DNA of 64,000 nt from an uncultured delta proteobacterium (GCA_963706575.1 CAVPNL010000018.1:1-64000); one strand, 5' to 3'; positions 23,679 through 34,651 are shown, counted from the first letter of the stretch. Made by a program: numbers and translations. Notes: generated by a model from the sequence alone, not told the origin.

Positions 23679-24649
23679 ATGAAGGTAAAAAAAGAATACA
23701 TCGATCCTCATTCTCATCATCATCGGACTATCGGTCTACCTGTTTATGCGCAGTTCCAGTCGCACCCTTTACCAGATGCCGCAGCTCGACGGGCTGAAAC
23801 AGAGCGAAATTACCAAAATTGAAATTTCACGAGGGCGGCAATTCGTTTATTTTGAAAAAAAAGGACGACCAGTGGTACTTTGAGCCAGCGGGATATCTGG
23901 TCGACAAGATTAAGGTTAACGCGATGCTCAACGTGTTTGAGGCCCTTGCCCTGACTGCCCTGGTCTCTGAATCAAAGGATTACAACCGCTATGATTTGCA
24001 GGCTGAAAAACGAATCACCGTAAAGGCCTGGCAGCAAGCGACGTTGAAACGAAACTTTGATATCGGAAAAGCCGCTTCATCGTTTCGTCATACCTTTGTC
24101 AGGCTTAACGCTGACAGCCGTGTTTTTCACGCCCGAGACAATTTCCGGGACAAATTTGATTTTACGATCGACGATCTGCGCGACAAGACCGTTTTGTATT
24201 TTAAGACCACTGACATCCGGCAGGTTCAGATCATCAAGGACGCGCATTCCGTGAAGCTGGTTCGCAGCGGGGTCCCGGTTACACCGGCCGCAACGCAGCA
24301 GCAAAAAGCGGAATCCGCCCCTGCGGCAGCCGTAAAAGTGGAATGGCAAAACGAGAACGGGGAAAAAGGAAATGACCGCAATCTCAAGCGGCTGCTAACC
24401 ACTCTTGGCGATCTGAAGTGTGCCGATTATATCAATGACCGCTCAAAAGATGAATTTTCAGCGCCGATATACACCGTGAAATTAAAAGGGGCCCGGGATT
24501 ATCAGCTGGAGATCTTTGCCAAGCTTCAAGAGGATGATACAAACTATCCGGCGGTTTCCTCAGACAGCGATTACCCCTTCTGGGTATCCGATAAGCAGGC
24601 TCAGCAAATCATGATAAATCCCGAAGAGATGGTCAAAAAGCCTGAATAG
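23679..24649 (+). CDS. DUF4340-like protein with two +1 insertions (about 23703 and 23831)
   Basis: Removing two bases gives MKVKKEYIILILIIIGLSVYLF... continuous with ORF 23819-24649 (322 aa); usual fourth gene of Gld-like operons. Confidence 0.75.
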
Positions 24650-25058
24650 CTTTTTTCATTGTTAACTTATTCTTGCCCTGCCTTCGGTTATAGCGAATAT
24701 CATCCATTAGTTTTCTGACAATATGAATTCCGAGACCTCCGATTCTGACATCGATCAGATCAACAGGGACTTCTGGATCTTTCTTTTCAAGCGGATTAAA
24801 CGGAATCCCTTCGTCTTCAATACTTAACGTCAGCACCTGGTTATCGAGATGCATAGTGAACCAAATGATATGCTCCAAATCGTCTTCAAAGCCATAAGAG
24901 ACGATATTTGTGAACAGTTCATCCAGGCAAATATTGACATCTGTTATACAGGCTTCCGATAGCCCGGAGACCTGGCCAAATTTATTCAAATGTTGGCACA
25001 AGGCTTCCAGCTCGGACAAATCGTTTTTGAATTCAAACGAATATTTGTCTGATTCCAT
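24633..25058 (-). CDS. RsbW-like anti-sigma factor / Ser-Thr kinase (HATPase_c_2)
   Basis: DELFTNIVSYG, DEGIPFNP, GGLGIHIVRKLMD. Confidence 0.9.
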   Translation of the reverse strand: MESDKYSFEFKNDLSELEALCQHLNKFGQVSGLSEACITDVNICLDELFTNIVSYGFEDDLEHIIWFTMHLDNQVLTLSIEDEGIPFNPLEKKDPEVPVDLIDVRIGGLGIHIVRKLMDDIRYNRRQGKNKLTMKKAIQAF

Positions 25059-25771
25059 TAACCACCAAGATAGGCCTTCTTGACCTCCGGGTCCTCCAGC
25101 AGTTCCTGGGAAGGCCCTTCCAACACCAGATTGCCGTTTTCCAGTACATATCCCCGCTGGGCAAATTGGAGCGCCAGACGGGCATTTTGCTCCACCAGCA
25201 AAATGGTGGTTCCCTCACTATTGATTTCTTTTAAGGCATCAAACATGCTCATCATCAGCAGGGGTGCCAGCCCCATGGAGGGTTCATCCAGCAGCATGAC
25301 TTTGCGTCCGCTCATATATGCTCTGCCGACCGCCAGCATTTGCTGCTCACCGCCGCTGAGCGTACCGGCTTTCTGGGTCTGGCGCTCTTCCAGCCGGGAG
25401 AAAATCGAAAAAACTCGCTTTATATCTTCTTTGATCTGATCTTTATCTTTTCGGGCAAAACACGCCAGCTGTAGGTTTTCCGTCACCGTCAGATTGTCGA
25501 ACAGGCGCCGGCCTTCCGGGACATGCGAAATGCCAAGCCGGCTGACCACCTTATCGGCAGCATAATCAAGTAAGTCTTCCCCGGCAAATGTCATTTTGGA
25601 ACCCGCATCTGCCGGCACCAGACGGGAAATGGCTTTAAGCGTTGTGCTTTTACCGGCACCATTGGCACCGATAATACAAACGATTTCACCTTCGTCAATC
25701 TGGAAATTCAGGCCGTGCAGCGCCTTGATATTGCCATAGGAAACGCGTAACTCTTCGACGGATAACAACAT
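25058..25771 (-). CDS. livF: Branched-chain amino acid ABC transporter ATP-binding protein
   Basis: GANGAGKS, VPEGRR, LSGGEQQMLA, DEPSMGLAP, KAYLG. Confidence 0.92.
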   Translation of the reverse strand: MLLSVEELRVSYGNIKALHGLNFQIDEGEIVCIIGANGAGKSTTLKAISRLVPADAGSKMTFAGEDLLDYAADKVVSRLGISHVPEGRRLFDNLTVTENLQLACFARKDKDQIKEDIKRVFSIFSRLEERQTQKAGTLSGGEQQMLAVGRAYMSGRKVMLLDEPSMGLAPLLMMSMFDALKEINSEGTTILLVEQNARLALQFAQRGYVLENGNLVLEGPSQELLEDPEVKKAYLGG

Positions 25772-26541
25772 TACTCTACGATCTCCTTGCCCAAATAGGC
25801 ATCAATGACCTTGGGATTGTTTTGAATCTCTTCCGGCGTGCCTTGCGCAATCACTTCTCCAAAAACCAGGGTCTGGATTCTTTCGCACAGCTCCATGACC
25901 ACTTTCATGCGGTGTTCGATGAGGAAGATGGCCAGTTCAAACTTTGCTTTGATTTGTCGTATGATTTCCATCATCTGAACCAGCTCTTCGGGATTCATAC
26001 CGGCGGTGGGCTCATCCAGAAACAGCACTTTGGGATCCATAGCCAGGGCTCGGGCCATTTCGACCCGTCGCTGAGCACCATAAGGCAGATTCGGCACCCA
26101 CTGATCCGCAAATTGATCGACGCCCAACATTTTTAAAAGGCTGTAGGCGATCTCTTCGCTTTCGGCCTCTTCGCGATTTCGACGGGGGGTCCCGAAAAAA
26201 GCGCCAATGAGCCCGTAGCTGAGTTTGGAATAGCGGGCCATCTTTACATGTTCGAGAACGGTCATATGCCGCCACAGAAGCATGTTTTGAAATGTGCGGC
26301 CGATACCCATGGCTGCAATGACGTGCGGTGAGCGGCCGTTTAACTTGTTATCTTCCAGAAAAACATGGCCCTCGGTGGGATTGTAAATCCCGGTGATAAG
26401 GTTGAAAATCGTTGTTTTACCGGCGCCGTTGGGACCGATGAGCCCGTGAACCTCGCCCGGTCGGATTTCAAGATCATAATTGTGCACCGCCCGCAGGCCA
26501 CCAAAAAAGTGGGTCATATTTTCAACCCTTAACAATGACAT
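25771..26541 (-). CDS. livG: Branched-chain amino acid ABC transporter ATP-binding protein
   Basis: FGGLRAV, GPNGAGKT, LPYGAQRRVEMARAL, DEPTAG; ATG after GAGG. Confidence 0.92.
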   Translation of the reverse strand: MSLLRVENMTHFFGGLRAVHNYDLEIRPGEVHGLIGPNGAGKTTIFNLITGIYNPTEGHVFLEDNKLNGRSPHVIAAMGIGRTFQNMLLWRHMTVLEHVKMARYSKLSYGLIGAFFGTPRRNREEAESEEIAYSLLKMLGVDQFADQWVPNLPYGAQRRVEMARALAMDPKVLFLDEPTAGMNPEELVQMMEIIRQIKAKFELAIFLIEHRMKVVMELCERIQTLVFGEVIAQGTPEEIQNNPKVIDAYLGKEIVE

Positions 26542-26656
26542 GCGACACCTCTTCATCATTGTCCCAATTGAGCTAAAAACCAATTGGGAGTTATTTGGTT
26601 AGGGATTATGGGTTAAGAGTTCATAATTAACACCTAATTGAGCGTCTTGGGCTCCA

Positions 26657-27955
26657 TTAGGGCGTTCTATTTTTAGGCTGAATCAGTTTTTTGGCGTCAA
26701 ACTCCTTGAAGGCAATCAGGCCCGTGGGTCTGAAAATCATCACCAGTATCAGGAGCAACGGGATGATTATCCATTTAAAAATTTCCAGCGGCCGCAAGGC
26801 CTCTCCCAGCAAGCTGATGCTGGTGGCCCCCACAATGGCGCCGTATATGGAGTTCAAGCCTCCAAAATAAACCATGGCCAAAACTTCAGCCAGTTTCTGG
26901 ATGCCAAAGGTACTGGGATTGACATATCGCAGCACGTGCGCAAACAAACCGCCGGCGACCCCCGCCCAGAACGCGGCAAAAGAAAATGCCAGAAATTTAG
27001 TGCGCCGTGTGTTGACCGTCATGGCATCGGCCGCCATCTCGTTATCGCGCACCGCGTTGAGCGCTTTTCCCAGCGTGGATCGTACAAAATTGTTGATGAC
27101 CCATATGCAGATCACCGTGATCAGAAAAACGGTCGGCAAATTGGCCCAGTCCGGCTGACTGCCCAATCCGCGGGGCCCTCCGACGACTTCCAGGTTTTCA
27201 ATTAAACTTTTAACGATAAACATAAATGCCAGTGAAATAATCGCCAGATAATCTCCCCGGGTTCGAAATGAAGGTATGGCCACCACCATCGCTCCGATAG
27301 ATGCTGTTACGCCGCCCAAAAACAGTGCGATCGGAAAAAAGAAAGGCCCCATGGCCGCCGGCAGCAGGGCCGCGCCAAAGAGTTTGTCGTTGACGAAAAG
27401 GGAAACCGTAAAAACAGAAGCAGAATAGGCGCCCAGGGCCATAAACCCGGGATGGGAACACGAAAACTCACCCATATAGCCGTTGATGACGTTCAAACTC
27501 AGGGTCACGATCACCGCAATTAAGGTCAGTTTGACCACCAGAACCCGATAGTCGCTCATTCCGGACCACAGATGCAAAGCCAGATAGAGCAGTGCCAGAT
27601 GAAGGAGTATCGAAAAAACAGTAGAAAAGTCGGCCAGCTTTGCTGCCAGCTTGTTTAATGCCGCCGAGCCAAATCGCGCAATCAGTCCAATGGGCAATAA
27701 ATAGATCAGCGAAAGATATAGAACCGCACCGGGAATCAGCACGGGCTTTTTGAGCATAATGGCAAAGCCAAACAGGGCCGGCGCCTTGTACAATCCCAGA
27801 GCGCGCGCCAAAGGCGTGCCGATCGCCATTTCCAGGCCCACCGCAATCAGCGCCCCGATAAGCCATCCCAACAGCGGAACCCGTGATACCCAGGCACGAA
27901 TATCGATCTTTGACAGCATTGAGGCGGGTGACAATTTTTCGCTTGTACCTTCCAT
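26657..27955 (-). CDS. livM: Branched-chain amino acid ABC transporter permease
   Basis: RGDYLAIISL, GKALNAVRDNEMAA, AGVAGGLFAH; extra N-terminal TM segments. Confidence 0.88.
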   Translation of the reverse strand: MEGTSEKLSPASMLSKIDIRAWVSRVPLLGWLIGALIAVGLEMAIGTPLARALGLYKAPALFGFAIMLKKPVLIPGAVLYLSLIYLLPIGLIARFGSAALNKLAAKLADFSTVFSILLHLALLYLALHLWSGMSDYRVLVVKLTLIAVIVTLSLNVINGYMGEFSCSHPGFMALGAYSASVFTVSLFVNDKLFGAALLPAAMGPFFFPIALFLGGVTASIGAMVVAIPSFRTRGDYLAIISLAFMFIVKSLIENLEVVGGPRGLGSQPDWANLPTVFLITVICIWVINNFVRSTLGKALNAVRDNEMAADAMTVNTRRTKFLAFSFAAFWAGVAGGLFAHVLRYVNPSTFGIQKLAEVLAMVYFGGLNSIYGAIVGATSISLLGEALRPLEIFKWIIIPLLLILVMIFRPTGLIAFKEFDAKKLIQPKNRTP

Positions 27956-28027
27956 TTCAATTCCTCGTTCCTCACAAATCTTGGCTGTTGAAAAGCGACC
28001 TGCAGCCCCTGATACAGCGCCAATTTC

Positions 28028-28948
28028 TTAGAGTCTCAGGCGTGCACTGTAAGCTTCCCCGAAAAACCCATGGGGCCTGAAAACCAGAATAAGTAAAACA
28101 ATCGAATAGGCGATCAGATCGCGCAGCGTCGATGGGAAGATCATGGCCACAAAAATCTCAATAAACCCGAGCAAAAATCCGGCCAGCGTGGCACCGACGA
28201 TCGATCCCCTGCCCCCTAAAATCGCTGCCACGAATGCTTTCCAGCCGATCAAAATCCCCATGTACGGATCCAGCACCGGATAAGCCACCCCGAAAAGAAT
28301 ACCGGCAGCAGCTGCCAGGGCCGATCCCAAGGCAAAGGTCATGGCCGCCATGGTATTTAACGGCACGCCCATCAAGGGCACCACCACATAATCAAATGCC
28401 ATGGCCCGCATCGCCATCCCGTAACGGGTGTGGCGGATAAATTGGTGCAGCGCGGTGGCCAACAGCAAAGAAACCACCACAATCATGATCTTTTTATTGG
28501 TGACAAAAACACCACCCATATTATAGGTGACGGTGTTAATCATGGACGGAAAACTAACGCGCTGGGCACCGAACAGCGCCAGGTTTCCGGTCTCCAGAAT
28601 GATGCCGATCATCAACCCGGTAATGGCCGCCGAAGCCCGCGGTGCTTCTCGCAGAGGGCGGTAGCCGATCCGTTCAACGATCATGCCCACAAAGGAGGTT
28701 AAGAACATGGAAAAAAGGATAGTCAATACCAGGATCAACCAGCTTGGCAGCGCAAACGCGCCCATGGCGGTGAGTGCAATCAAGGCCGACGCCACGCCAA
28801 ACCCGATATAGGCCCCCACCATAAAAATATCGCCGTGGGCGAAGTTGAATAGCATCAGGATACTGTAGACCATCGAATATCCCAGGGCGATAAGCGCGTA
28901 AAAACTGCCCCACTGCAATGCGTTGATCAGATTTTGCAGAAATACCAT
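28028..28948 (-). CDS. livH: Branched-chain amino acid ABC transporter permease
   Basis: YALIALGYSMVY, NFAHGD, KAFVAAILGG. Confidence 0.92.
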   Translation of the reverse strand: MVFLQNLINALQWGSFYALIALGYSMVYSILMLFNFAHGDIFMVGAYIGFGVASALIALTAMGAFALPSWLILVLTILFSMFLTSFVGMIVERIGYRPLREAPRASAAITGLMIGIILETGNLALFGAQRVSFPSMINTVTYNMGGVFVTNKKIMIVVVSLLLATALHQFIRHTRYGMAMRAMAFDYVVVPLMGVPLNTMAAMTFALGSALAAAAGILFGVAYPVLDPYMGILIGWKAFVAAILGGRGSIVGATLAGFLLGFIEIFVAMIFPSTLRDLIAYSIVLLILVFRPHGFFGEAYSARLRL

Positions 28949-28969
28949 CAAATGCTCCTTGTTCTTTTA

Positions 28970-29010
28970 AAAAGGCGGGCTCAGGGCAAAAAGCCCTGGC
29001 CCGTCCTTTT
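28970..29010. terminator. GC-rich hairpin between livK and livH
   Basis: AAAAGGCGGGCTCAGGGC-AAAAA-GCCCTGGCCCGTCCTTTT. Confidence 0.6.
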
Positions 29011-29150
29011 CTGTAACTTATTTTAGCATTGCTAAACGTTCGGTCCAGGTTCAAGATAAGTTTAGGCATTTCAGTTCATGGGTCTGAATAGCTCTTGGTG
29101 AGTCACGTTCAAGTTAAATATGAACCTAACGATCAAACTCCCGCGGTTTT

Positions 29151-29194
29151 TGAAACCTTGAACCTTTGAACGCTGAACCCCTGAACGGTTAACG
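29151..29194 (-). repeat. TGAAC-based 7-8-mer array just after the livK stop
   Basis: TGAAACCT TGAACCTT TGAACGC TGAACCCC TGAACGG. Confidence 0.7.
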
Positions 29195-29200
29195 TATCTC

Positions 29201-30379
29201 TTACGGACACACTGACTTGTAAAATTCGAATTCACCGGCATCGCTGATGCGGACAATCACGGCACATTTAATCGGATCGCCCTCTTCGGTGAAGGTCATC
29301 TTGCCGGTGATACCTTCAAAATCTTTGATTTTGGCCAGTTCATCGCGAACGGCAACACGGTCCTTTTTGATATCGCCGGTCAAACCGCCGGTATTTTGAA
29401 TCGCCTGCTGCAGAAGATGAATGCTGTCCCAGGTCAAAGCGCCGACATCATCGGGCACATAGCTGTGTTTGGCATTATAGCGATCAATAAATTCTTTGGT
29501 GGCTCCGGTGGCAGCGGCTGATGCGTAATGGGTGCTGAAAAACAGCCCGAAGCAGTCTTTGCCGCAAAGCTTCACCGTTTCAGCTGAGCCCCAGCTGTCG
29601 CTGCCGACAATCGGCTTATCCCAGCCCAACTGATGGGCTTGCTGCACGATGAGCGCAACTTCATTATAATATTGGGGCGTAAACAGCACTTCAGCGCCCG
29701 AATTGATGATCTGGGTCAGCTGCGAACTAAAATCGGTGTCCTTGGTGGTAAAGCTTTCAAATGCCACCACTGAACCGGGGCCGTTATTTTTCTCCCAGGC
29801 CTCTTTGAAAAACTCGGCCAGCCCCTTGGGATAGTCGCTGGCGACATCATAAAGAACCGCCGCCTTTGTAAAACCAAATTCGTCTCGAACGAAATTGGCA
29901 GCCACCGGTCCCTGGAACGGATCGAGAAAACAGCCGCGGAATACATAAGGCCGATCTTTGGTCGTATCGGGATTGGTCGACCAGGGGCTGATCATCGGTG
30001 TATTCATCTCATTGGCCTTGCCGCCGGCCGGTATGGCCTGTTTGGATGACTGCGGACCCACAATCGCCAGCACTTCATCATCGGTGATCAGCTTGGTGGC
30101 GACCTTCACCGCCGACTCCGCCTTGGATTCATTGTCTTCGATAACCAGCTCTACCTTATATTTTTTATCGCCGACCTGAAGCCCTCCGGCGGCGTTGATG
30201 TCTTCAAGCCACATCTCGGCCGCGAACTTACTGCCTTCACCCACTTTGGGGATGTCACCGGTAATGGGAACATTGAGACCGATCTTGATGGTTTCCGGTC
30301 CTTTGGGGCCGCAGGCATAAAAAGCCATAACCACCGCGATGCTAAAAATAATAGCTGCTAAAAATAATCCTTTTCTCAT
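29201..30379 (-). CDS. Amino acid ABC transporter substrate-binding lipoprotein (LivK/LivJ family)
   Basis: Lipobox-like FYAC; FRGCFLDPFQG, DTDFSSQL, GITGKMTF; GGAGG SD. Confidence 0.92.
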   Translation of the reverse strand: MRKGLFLAAIIFSIAVVMAFYACGPKGPETIKIGLNVPITGDIPKVGEGSKFAAEMWLEDINAAGGLQVGDKKYKVELVIEDNESKAESAVKVATKLITDDEVLAIVGPQSSKQAIPAGGKANEMNTPMISPWSTNPDTTKDRPYVFRGCFLDPFQGPVAANFVRDEFGFTKAAVLYDVASDYPKGLAEFFKEAWEKNNGPGSVVAFESFTTKDTDFSSQLTQIINSGAEVLFTPQYYNEVALIVQQAHQLGWDKPIVGSDSWGSAETVKLCGKDCFGLFFSTHYASAAATGATKEFIDRYNAKHSYVPDDVGALTWDSIHLLQQAIQNTGGLTGDIKKDRVAVRDELAKIKDFEGITGKMTFTEEGDPIKCAVIVRISDAGEFEFYKSVCP

Positions 30380-30702
30380 TGTAATCCTCCTTTTCACTTC
30401 GGTTAGTAATTGGTTTAAGGGTTGTTAGAGTGTGCGTCGGAATGGTCTTAAAAATGATTGGGTCCATAACACATGGTGTTTTTTTTTTCAACTTTATTCC
30501 TTATGAAAGATACACGCAGCTTTCGACCCGGGCGGGTCGATATCGCACATCTGAAAATTATTTGTGCCTCTCGAATAATAAGCGCCGTGTCCGCTGCGGT
30601 CATCTGGAAAATTCAAAAATTGCGCGCATTCAAAAAACCATCGATTGATAATAGAAAATCTTGCAGTAATTTTGAAGATATCGTAAAAAAATCAAAAATT
30701 AA

Positions 30703-30731
30703 TTGACACAATCAGCAATTTTTTTTAAATT
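30703..30731 (+). promoter_or_regulatory. sigma70-type promoter for the Lrp/AsnC gene
   Basis: TTGACA-N17-TAAATT. Confidence 0.55.
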
Positions 30732-30784
30732 TTTTATGTTTCGGTGTTACTTTCAAATGATGAATAATGAATGATGCGTGAAAC

Positions 30785-31231
30785 ATGAACATCGATAAAA
30801 CCAACCTTGCCATTATCAAGCATCTGCGCAACGGCCGCAAATCATACCAGAAGATTGCCCGCGATCTCGCCGTATCTGAAAATACGGTTCGAACACGCGT
30901 TCAAAAATTAATCGAAGAAGGCATTTTGGACATCAATGGTGTGGTCAATCCGGAGTCCATGGAGGGGCACCGCGTGGTGATCGTGGGGGTCAAACTCCAA
31001 AGCATGGATCTGGTCAATAAAGGTAAAGAATTTAGCAATCTTAAAGGCGTGGTTTCGGTCAGCGTGGTAACCGGCCGTTTCGACCTGATTATAGTGGTTC
31101 TTTTGAAGTCGGGCTTCGGATTGCTGGAATTTTATACCGAGGAAGTTTCCAGGATTAAAGAAGTCCAATCCGTGGAAACCTTTGTCGTTTACAAAAGCTA
31201 TAATTTGAAAGTACCCTATGTACTGGAATAA
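30785..31231 (+). CDS. Lrp/AsnC family transcriptional regulator
   Basis: N-terminal HTH (NGRKSYQKIARDLAVSENTVRTRV) and VTGRFD RAM domain. Confidence 0.93.
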   Translation: MNIDKTNLAIIKHLRNGRKSYQKIARDLAVSENTVRTRVQKLIEEGILDINGVVNPESMEGHRVVIVGVKLQSMDLVNKGKEFSNLKGVVSVSVVTGRFDLIIVVLLKSGFGLLEFYTEEVSRIKEVQSVETFVVYKSYNLKVPYVLE

Positions 31232-31239
31232 TAAAGTCG

Positions 31240-31354
31240 GCTTGAAAGCTGGGAGGCTTGGAGGCTGGAAAGCTATGTGGCCAGATGGCTTGGACGCTAA
31301 GAATAATTCATGCCTTCACGCTTCCTGGCTTCCAGGCTTTCGAGCATCCCAGCC
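31240..31354. repeat. Inverted pair of 8-mer arrays (GCTNGRAR x8 / GCTTCCNN x5)
   Basis: GCTTGAAA GCTGGGAG GCTTGGAG GCTGGAAA ... GCTTCCTG GCTTCCAG GCTTTCGA GCATCCCA. Confidence 0.8.
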
Positions 31355-31448
31355 GCTTAACCCATTTTGTTTTTTCTGGTATTTGAAATTAAAATAATTT
31401 AGTCTAAAAGACCGAATCTGCCCAATTATAATTAGAAGGAGGAGAGAT

Positions 31449-31847
31449 ATGAAAGAGCTCAATGAATTGAATTTTCCCGATGATGTCCGTTATGCCGAAT
31501 CCCATGAATGGGCCCGGTCCGAAGGTGACGGGGTCAAAGTCGGTATCTCGGATTATGCTCAGGACCAGCTGGGTGACATAGTTTTTGTGGAATTACCGGA
31601 GGTCGGCGATACCTTGGACAAAGGCGAAGAATTCGGCACAGTAGAGTCGGTTAAAGCGGTCTCCGAACTCTATATGCCTGTCGCCGGTGAGGTGGTTGCC
31701 ATAAATGACACTCTGGAAGACGCACCCGAAAAGGTGAACAACACGCCCTACGGCGACGGGTGGATGATCGAAATCAAAGCCGAAAATCCCTCGGAGTTGG
31801 ATGGCCTTATGGTCAATGATGCTTATCTCGAAACCCTGAAAGGATAA
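31449..31847 (+). CDS. gcvH: Glycine cleavage system H protein
   Basis: HEW, GISDYAQDQLGDIVFVELP, lipoyl motif VESVKA. Confidence 0.97.
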   Translation: MKELNELNFPDDVRYAESHEWARSEGDGVKVGISDYAQDQLGDIVFVELPEVGDTLDKGEEFGTVESVKAVSELYMPVAGEVVAINDTLEDAPEKVNNTPYGDGWMIEIKAENPSELDGLMVNDAYLETLKG

Positions 31848-31858
31848 CGGTGACCCTC

Positions 31859-33190
31859 ATGCGTTACTTACCGCATACGCCGGAAGATATTGCTGCCATG
31901 CTAAAGGCGGTTCGGATCGATAGCCTCGAAGGGCTTTTTGCCCATATCCCTGATGATTGCCGTCGCCAGGAAGCGCTCAATATTCCGGAACATTTAACCG
32001 AGTGGGAACTGAACGACCATATGGACACGCTGGCCGGCAGCATGGCCGTCTCCCCGGACTATAAGGTATTTATGGGGGCCGGCAGTTATGAGCACTATAT
32101 CCCTTCGGCGGTTTCATTTTTGCTGGGCCGTTCAGAATTTGTGACCGCCTATACCCCTTATCAGCCCGAGGTCAGTCAGGGCACCCTGCAGGCCATCTAT
32201 GAGTATCAAACCCTGACCTCCCGGTTGCTGGGCATGGAAGTTGCCAATGCATCGCAATATGACGGTGCGTCTTCGCTGGCTGAAGCCATGCTAATGACCA
32301 TTCGAGTTTCCAGGAAAAAGGCCGTGGCCGTTTCCCGCGCCGTTCATCCCTTATATCGACGGGTACTGGAGACTTATTTTGAGCCTACCGGTCTCGAGAT
32401 CAGAGAGCTGCCTTATCTGAGTGACGGCACCACCGATTTAAGCCCCCTTAAGGACATGGACGATTTAGGGGGGGTGGCCGTCCAGTCGCCGAACTTTTTG
32501 GGCTGCATGGAAAATTTGGAAGACGCCAAGCAAGCACTTGAAAATAAGAAAGCCCTGTTGGTGGTATGCTTCAGCGAGCCACTGGCATACGGCCTCTACA
32601 AAAATCCCGGCGAATGCGGCGCCGATATCGCCTGCGGCGAAGGGCAGAGCCTGGGAATTCCGCGCACGTTCGGTGGGCCGGCGCTGGGGATGTTTGCCTC
32701 AAAAATGAAATACGTCCGCAACATGCCGGGAAGACTGGTGGGCGAGACCGTTGATCTGGACGGCAAAAGAAGCCATGTGCTCACCTTGTCAACGCGCGAG
32801 CAGCATATCCGGCGCGAAAAGGCCACCTCCAATATCTGCACCAATCACAGTCTCTGTGCGCTGGCTGCCGTCATGTATATGGCAACGCTTGGAGGTACCG
32901 GCTTCAAAGAACTCGCGCAACTCAACTACGACAAGGCCGAGTATTTAAAAAGCGCCTTAACCCGCGCGGGATTCAAATTGCCGTTTCCCCAAGCGACCTT
33001 TAATGAATTCGTGGTTGAATTTCCAGCCGGATTTCAGAAAACCTATCAACGCCTGTTGAAGAAAAAAATGATTGCCGGCATACCGCTGGGTGACTTTTAC
33101 ACGGAGCTTAAAAATCATTATCTGTTGTGCGTAACGGAGACAATCACCAAGGCGGATATGGATGCCCTGGTCCAGGAGATAAAAAAATGA
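31859..33190 (+). CDS. gcvPA: Glycine dehydrogenase subunit 1
   Basis: MRYLPHT, TAYTPYQPEVSQG, REQHIRREKATSNIC. Confidence 0.96.
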   Translation: MRYLPHTPEDIAAMLKAVRIDSLEGLFAHIPDDCRRQEALNIPEHLTEWELNDHMDTLAGSMAVSPDYKVFMGAGSYEHYIPSAVSFLLGRSEFVTAYTPYQPEVSQGTLQAIYEYQTLTSRLLGMEVANASQYDGASSLAEAMLMTIRVSRKKAVAVSRAVHPLYRRVLETYFEPTGLEIRELPYLSDGTTDLSPLKDMDDLGGVAVQSPNFLGCMENLEDAKQALENKKALLVVCFSEPLAYGLYKNPGECGADIACGEGQSLGIPRTFGGPALGMFASKMKYVRNMPGRLVGETVDLDGKRSHVLTLSTREQHIRREKATSNICTNHSLCALAAVMYMATLGGTGFKELAQLNYDKAEYLKSALTRAGFKLPFPQATFNEFVVEFPAGFQKTYQRLLKKKMIAGIPLGDFYTELKNHYLLCVTETITKADMDALVQEIKK

Positions 33191-34645
33191 AAGAAACCGC
33201 AGGCACCACCGGATTAATATTTAACGAGCCGCTGTTGTGGGAGAAGGGAAAAGCCGGTCGAACCGCTTTTTCACTGCCCCGCCGCGACGTTAAACAACAG
33301 CCAGTTGATAAAAACTTGAAAGGCACCGGTCCGGATTTCCCCGATCTGAGTGAAGTCGATATTGTGCGCCACTATATCCGGCTTTCCCAGTGGAATTTTT
33401 CGGTCGATTCCGGGATGTATCCGTTGGGCTCGTGCACCATGAAATATAATCCCAAGACCAATGAACGACAATCCGCCCTGCCGGGATTTGCCATGGCGCA
33501 CCCGCTGCTTCCGCAGCCTCTTTCACAGGGGGTGCTCAAGCTCATGTTTGAACTGGAACAATATCTGACGGAAATAACGGGCATGGACGCCACAACGCTG
33601 CAACCGGCTGCCGGTGCCCATGGTGAGCTGACCGGAATGCTTCTATTTTACGCCTATCTTAAAAGCAAAGGCAACGCCACGTACAAAAATTCTCGTCCCG
33701 GACACAGCCCACGGCACCAATCCAGCCAGCGCCTCGCTATGCGGCTACCGCTCAATTGCGCTGAAATCAAACGAAAGAGGCGTCCTTTCACCGCAGGTGG
33801 TCGACGAACTCATGGACGAGGACACCGCCGGAATCATGGTCACCAACCCCAATACGCTGGGCCTTTTTGAAGAAAACATTAAAGCGGTAGCCGACATCGT
33901 GCATGCCAAAGGCGGCCTGGTTTACTGCGACGGCGCCAATATGAATGCCGTTATGGGTATCGTCAACATGAGAGACCTGGGTGTCGACGTATTGCACCTG
34001 AATCTTCATAAGACGTTTTCAACCCCGCATGGCGGCGGGGGACCCGGTTCAGGTCCGGTATGCGTCCGCAAGGACCTGGAGCCGTTTTTACCGGTACCCC
34101 GGGTGATTAACAAAAAGGGGAAATATGAGCTGTCCGAAGATTTCCCCGATTCCATGGGGAAAGTACACGCTTTTTACGGCAATATCGGGGTGATGATCCG
34201 CGCTTACAGTTACATCCGCAGTATGGGGCCCGATGGCCTCAAAAAGGCCAGCCAGCTTGCGGTATTAAATGCCGCCTATATTAAAGATAATCTAAAAGGC
34301 ACCTTTCACCTGCCTTACGACCGGCCCTGCATGCACGAATGCGTTTTTTCAGATAAACTGCAGGAGCCGTATAAGGTGACAACCCTGGACATGGTCAAGC
34401 GGCTGATGGATTACGGATTTCATCCGCCGACGATCTATTTCCCCCTGGTCGTTCCCGGCGCCATCATGATCGAGCCCACAGAGACCGAATCCAAGGAAGA
34501 CATTGACCTGTTTATTGAATCGATGAAAGCCATTGCCCAAGAAGCAAAAGAAGATCCCGAATTATTACATGCGGCTCCCCGGAAAACCAAACGCAGAAGA
34601 CTGGATGAAACTTCCGCTGCCAGAAAACCGCGCCTGAGTGGATAG
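33187..34645 (+). CDS. gcvPB: Glycine dehydrogenase subunit 2, split by a +1 insertion near 33676
   Basis: YPLGSCTMKYNP, LHKTFSTPHGGGGPG; deleting one base restores KILVPDTAHGTNPASA and 485 aa. Confidence 0.92.
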
Positions 34646-34651
34646 TCCCGT

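Noticed and set aside
19617..24649. Bacteroidota-type gliding motility system
   Set aside because: GldA/F/G-like ABC operons are widespread, and no other gld/spr genes are present.
30400..31448. Glycine riboswitch near the liv/gcv genes
   Set aside because: No GGAGA...CCGAAG...CTCTCAGG consensus seen on either strand.
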